Origin: the human T2T-CHM13v2.0 reference genome, Homo sapiens
Assembly (NCBI RefSeq): GCF_009914755.1
Contig: NC_060938.1
Length of the DNA: 64,000 bases
Direction: 5' to 3' (one strand)
Position 1 is the first letter of the stretch. Each line of letters opens with the position of its first letter. The notes beneath the pieces were generated by a model that saw nothing but the letters and a program-made list of their open reading frames with translations, had not been told where the DNA came from and did not search any database. Positions 59,241 through 64,000 of the stretch are shown here, piece by piece. The position numbers and the translations under genes are program-made.

Positions 59241-60589
59241 AGAAATCAATATGTCAATACTTGTCAACAATATAAAAGCCCAAAGTCTCCTACAGACCAC
59301 CTACACTCATCTTATGATTAGAAACATTCTCTAGTGTGATTCAATCTAAAGAATACTTTTTCCCGACTTAGAAAGCACAATAAAAAAACAGCTAAATGAC
59401 ACTGATGTCAATTATCATTATTCAGATTCTTAATTGGCTCTAAATTGCTTTCAAGGTTACCTACAATTCAGAAGAAACCATCATGGCAGCTTTCAAAACC
59501 TCCGTACTACAAAACTATTCAAGACTGGTTTACAGGGCAACTCAAAATGTCCTCTCCTCCTCTAAGAGCTCACAGCCTTTCACATTTAAAGCTGTTTGTT
59601 CTTTCCTGGTTCTTCTTATAGTTCCCAAGCATCCTCTGCATTTGCTGTAAAGAGTGTTTGCATAATATTTGTGATAAGATTTAGGTCCAAATTATCAAAA
59701 TGAAAATCCTCTGTCCTGAGGTATAAGCTAATGAAAACAGATATTATTTTTATTCAATTCCCTAAACCCCTGATGTGGAACATGTTCTAGTCTGCAACAT
59801 TTTTAAGTTTCTCCACAGCTAAAAATATTATCCACAGAATTATAAAACTAAGGGGGAAATGACTCACTGAGATTGTAAACAGCATATCACTCTTCATGGA
59901 TCAATGCATCATTTGAATACAGTCTTATTCTGCGTTCCCAGCTTCAAGTGAGGACCATTCATAGTTCAGCACTTCATAATTACATACAATTAACAGCTTG
60001 GAGGCTGAGTAGCAGAGTGACTGGTAAGCACTGAAAGCTACAAATCTGTTTTGCAGTAATGTATATTTTTTTCTCCCTTGATTTTCTTTATTGTTGTTTT
60101 GCTTGTTGCCTGTTAGCATACCTCTAGGGAATGTTTCAAAGATGTAATGTTAATGAGCAAACACTTGAGAGATTGCCAGTCATGTCAGATGACTTTCTTT
60201 GCAGGGCACAGAAAGGGGAAAATGAACTGACACATTGTTATGCAGCAAAATAGAATTATGCAGAAAATGCAAAATTATGCAAAATGTTATTTATGCAGAG
60301 CACATTAATGGAGAATACAGAGTATCATTGATTAGGAGTAGCAAAGTAGGAATAGATCTGAGTATTACTACCTACTAAAGAATCTTGTTAATACAAGAAT
60401 AACATGGGTATTTCAATGCAAGACACAGGAGTTATTCTATCTATCCCTAAACTCATAGACCAAAGGATAGGGCAATGAGCTAGGGGATAAAGGAGGCAGA
60501 GATTTGCAAGGATAGTAGGCAAACAAAGGTCTGTCAGAGACTCAAGACTCACTAGATGTTAATAATAAAATAATAAAAACAGCAATAAT

Positions 60590-60830
60590 ATGAACACAGC
60601 TGACATTTATTGACTGCAAAATATGAGCATTGTCCTAAGCACCTCACATGCACTGACTCATTTAATCTCACAACAATTCTGTAAAGTAACATTATCATCC
60701 CATTTTATAGCCAAAGAAACTAAGTCTCAGAGAGCATAAATAACTTGCCCGGGGTCACATGGTGAATAAATAGGTAAAGACAGAATCTGAACCCAGAAGC
60801 CTGGCTCTGAAGCCCCTTCTCCTCATGGCT
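60590..60830 (-). mobile_element. MIR
   Basis: ACATTTATTGA..CTCATTTAATCTCACAACAA..CCCATTTTATAG..TAACTTGCCCGGGGTCACA..TGAACCCAG. Confidence 0.85.
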
Positions 60831-60866
60831 GCTAAAGAATGAAACTCCAGAACTGGGGGATTCTAC

Positions 60867-61034
60867 AGCATTCTTATAAATTTTCAAGTTTATAGGCCCT
60901 TTTAAAACAGATGAAAAAAAACAATGGGTGTTTTCTCAGAAATATGTATACAAGCTCATACCAAATTTTATAAATAGTTTCAAGGGCACAAGGATCCCTT
61001 GAGGTACATCCTTGGATCCTTGTAAAGACCCCTG
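60867..61034. mobile_element. Short degenerate hAT-Charlie-type MITE
   Basis: CAG...CCCCTG ends with TTCTA-type flanks; ~170 bp. Confidence 0.45.
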
Positions 61035-61490
61035 TTCTAGATGAAATAGATAATAAAATTGGCACATTAGATTGATTCTAGATACTCACAGATGTAATAG
61101 ATCTCTCAAAAAGTTACACGCCATCATACCATGATGTGCAATGGGACACAGGACACATGTACCATCACTGTTCTCTTCAAGAGGACCTAAGACCCTGGCT
61201 CTTCCTTTTGCTCTATGAGCCTGCACTAAGATTTTTGAATTTACAAATATATTTTCTCCTTGTGGTTCTAGTTTGTTCAGTTAGTGTTTATTTAATCCTT
61301 CCTCTTGGTGGCCTTGCTATCCAAGAGCAGTTATTAATACTGTTTATGAAAAATGTAAAAAAGGAAAGGAGGGTGGGAGAAAAGTTAGTTCTGCAAATGG
61401 TGCCCTGCTGTGGAACTCCTCCATTCCCTAAGTTCCCTTAGAAAACTCAGCTCTCAGCATGTCCCTTTTTCTCAGAAACCCAGGTGGAAT

Positions 61491-62143
61491 TGTTACCAGA
61501 TGGAAGGTCTTGACTGTGAGTTGTCCAGGCTTCTTTGGCATACTGAACAAAGAATTGAACAAAATGCACAAACAAAGTAATAAAAGAATGGGCAATGAAA
61601 GACAAACAAGATGAAGTAAACAAAGCACCGATTTATTAAAGAAGCAAAAGTACAATCCACAGAGTGGGAGCGGGCTGGAGCAGGTGGCCCGAGAGCCTCC
61701 CCTATAAGGGTTTTTATTAAGCTACAGAAGTTTGGTAACACTCCTAGGTGCCCTTTAGAGGCCTCCAATTATGCCCTGTGAAGGATTGGCCTGCGACCAA
61801 TCAGAGGCTGAAGTGGAGACTTGGCCCACAGTCAGTCAGAGGCTAACTGGAAGGAATGTGTGATGTCCCTTGATCAGCTCTTGGGCCCTAACAGCATGAA
61901 TATTTACCCAGGATCACTGATAGTCAACTGATTTCTACTGAAATGGATCAGGCTTCCTATGAGATGTGATGGAAAAGGGTAAATACCTTCTCTGCAAGAC
62001 TCTGTAGAAACTCTGTCTAGTTATCACAGGAGCGAGGGTGTGGCCTGGATGCTGCCTAATCTTGCTTAGAACTGTCTGCACCTGCTGTTCTTTTGCTTAT
62101 GCCTTAACCTTTGGTTACCCTAATTCCCTATTCTCCTGCCTCA
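61491..62143 (-). mobile_element. ERV1 MER4-group solo LTR (MER51/MER61/MER83-like) carrying a 158-bp foreign insert
   Basis: Minus strand begins TGAGGCAGGAGAATAGGGAATTAGGGTAACC and ends GGTAACA; perfect 4-bp TSD GAAT (61487-61490, 62144-62147). Confidence 0.88.
61848..62005 (+). repeat. Direct-repeat copy of 63744-63901
   Basis: Ungapped alignment, 158 bp, ~17 mismatches by manual count (~89%). Confidence 0.95.
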
Positions 62144-62620
62144 GAATGGGCACCAAACTAACAGAACAATTTCATCTTCTTTGCTTAAAATGAATAATAC
62201 TGGCAATTTGCCAATATTTCCAGCATACTCATACTAGTAGAGTTAGCAGTTTCCACCATGATGGGATTTGAGGGGCAATGTCCACTGTGCCAAAACCCAG
62301 CCTGTACCCTGAGGAGCTCACAGCCAGAGTCTTCTGGAGGAAGACCAGACTGGAGTGAAAAACTCTTCCTCCAGACGTGTGAAAAGCTTCACCAGGTTGC
62401 TGACATTTGATCAGAGCCTTGGAGGACAAATAGAAGCTGTTCAGTGGAGAAAGAGGAAGGGGCATGAGAGGTGGAAAGAAAAGCAGGAACAACACCATCC
62501 TGTGGTGGAGGAGACCAGGAGAAGCCCAGAACCCTGGAGAGAAGGCCAGAAAGATGAGCGGAGGTCAGGGTGTGAAAGGTCACCTACCTTGGGTAGAAAT
62601 TTGAATTTTATCCTTTAAGC

Positions 62621-62774
62621 CATTGGTTCCCAAACTTCAGGATGCATAAAAGTTAAGAGAACTTGTTAAGAGTACAGGTCCCCAGGCTCTCCTCCCAGAG
62701 CTTTCAATCAATAGGTGCACATTTGACAAGCAGGTGATTCTAATGCAAGTGGTCTGTCAACCACATTTGAGAAA
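62621..62774. mobile_element. MER5-like hAT element
   Basis: GGTTCCCAAACTTCAG..CAGGTGATTCTAATGCA..ACCACATTTGAGAAA. Confidence 0.65.
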
Positions 62775-63743
62775 AAAAAAATGTTTTAACCTGCTGAAAG
62801 GAGAGCTGCTAGCAAGCTAAATGGTTTGCTGTCATTATGCCCATTGCACAGAGAATAATGTGCACACAGGAATCCAGGGTTCCATTTGGCCACATCTATA
62901 GTGAACCCTGGGTATTACAATCCCATCTAAATAGACCCTGCCCTTACAGCAGGAGACAGGGGTCTGAAACAGTAGCACCATTCAAGACAACCACATGCAT
63001 AGCCCACACCCGGGAGGACCCACGGAAAGTGCCAGTCATGCTGCCTGGACTTAGTAGGTGCTAAATAAATGTGAAGGGAATCTCCTCTCTGGAAAGCAGA
63101 GGAAACCTAGCATCCTCATTTCAGCAATTCAGAAATCTCATGGATTGTAATTAATATCCAGCCGGCATTTTGGTCATCAAAGATTATCATTTCCTCTGGG
63201 GACAAGGTAGGGGAAAGAACAATCCCCTATAATGGGTTTTGCATCCTTGCTTCATAAAGGGAGTGGTGAAAGTTCCTTGGAGATTCGTATGATGGCAATA
63301 TCTTTCTAAGCTTCTAGCAAGAAGTTTCTGGCTGCTGCTGGCTAATGTGAAAAGGTGTTGCCAGATCTTTATACTTGGCTGTGATTACTCTGCCCACAAA
63401 TGTTAGTGAGAGTGTGAGCTGAGTACCTGGGAAGGATTGAATTTACTTTCCCGGATACGGGCACATCAGAAACATTCATTTAGTCCTTTCAGAGAGCTGG
63501 TGAGAAACTTTATGCCACACACCCCCCACTGAGCACAGGATCCACTTAAACTCTCAGAGGCACCAAACATCCTCTGAGCGAGCAGAGCTCTGAGGCCTGC
63601 TCCCATCAAAAAGGTTTCACTGATGGTTGGACTTTTCATCTTTGCAAAGGGAGGATTCAACTCACAAAAACCCCTAATGCAGCTCACTATCTTGCTTCGG
63701 GATCCATCATTTCCCAAGGTTTGATTCTCTCAGCCTCACCACT

Positions 63744-63901
63744 TGGAAGGAGTGTGTGATGTCCCTTGACCAGCTCTTGGGCCCTAACAGCATAAATATT
63801 TATCCAAGATCACTGATCATCAACTGGTTTCTACTGAAATGGATCAGGCGTCCTACAAGATATGTTGGAAAAGGGTAAATACCTTCCCTCTAAGACCCTG
63901 T
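63744..63901 (+). repeat. Apparent donor of the 158-bp duplication (non-repetitive context)
   Basis: Matches 61848-62005; flanks show no LTR sequence. Confidence 0.9.
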
Positions 63902-64000
63902 TTAGTGTTTACTTCTCTAAAACATTCGATTATTGCCGCTGAGAAAAGGGACATGGGGAGGTCCTGATTTGTGGTGATTCAATGCAGAGTAATTATTGAA

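Noticed and set aside
60988-61023. 10-bp inverted repeat ACAAGGATCC / GGATCCTTGT
   Set aside because: Short, with a 16-nt loop, inside a degenerate DNA-transposon relic; plausible by chance

Overview
Primate (human-like) non-coding, repeat-rich genomic DNA. I recognise no host protein-coding gene, RNA gene or CpG island; the long ORFs are decayed LINE-1 ORF1/ORF2 pieces, Alu- or LTR-derived frames, or unrecognised short ORFs. 1-12.5 kb is a nested transposon stack: an MLT1 LTR interrupted by an old L1PA13-16-like element, which carries an L1PA8-like element (itself holding a MER11 solo LTR), two Alus and a chimeric, internally shortened L1PA7-like element. A near full-length old L1 lies at ~41.1-48.3 kb. 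The rest is unique sequence with Alu, MIR, L2, LTR and DNA-transposon relics. The most unusual signal is a set of template-switch and templated-insertion scars. (i) A 158-bp unique segment copied from 1,896 bp downstream into an ERV1 LTR. (ii) An LTR fragment copied from 1,881 bp downstream into an L1 A-tail, next to a near-perfect 47-bp-arm hairpin. (iii) A MIR fragment apparently copied from a neighbouring MIR. (iv) A 17-mer matching a local Alu, inserted in L1 ORF2 with a fold-back. (v) An L1 whose core appears replaced by a younger-subfamily fragment. A compact NF-kB/STAT/ISRE motif cluster with a downstream TATA-like box is at ~15.5-15.7 kb. Subfamily names come from recalled consensus features, not from a database search.
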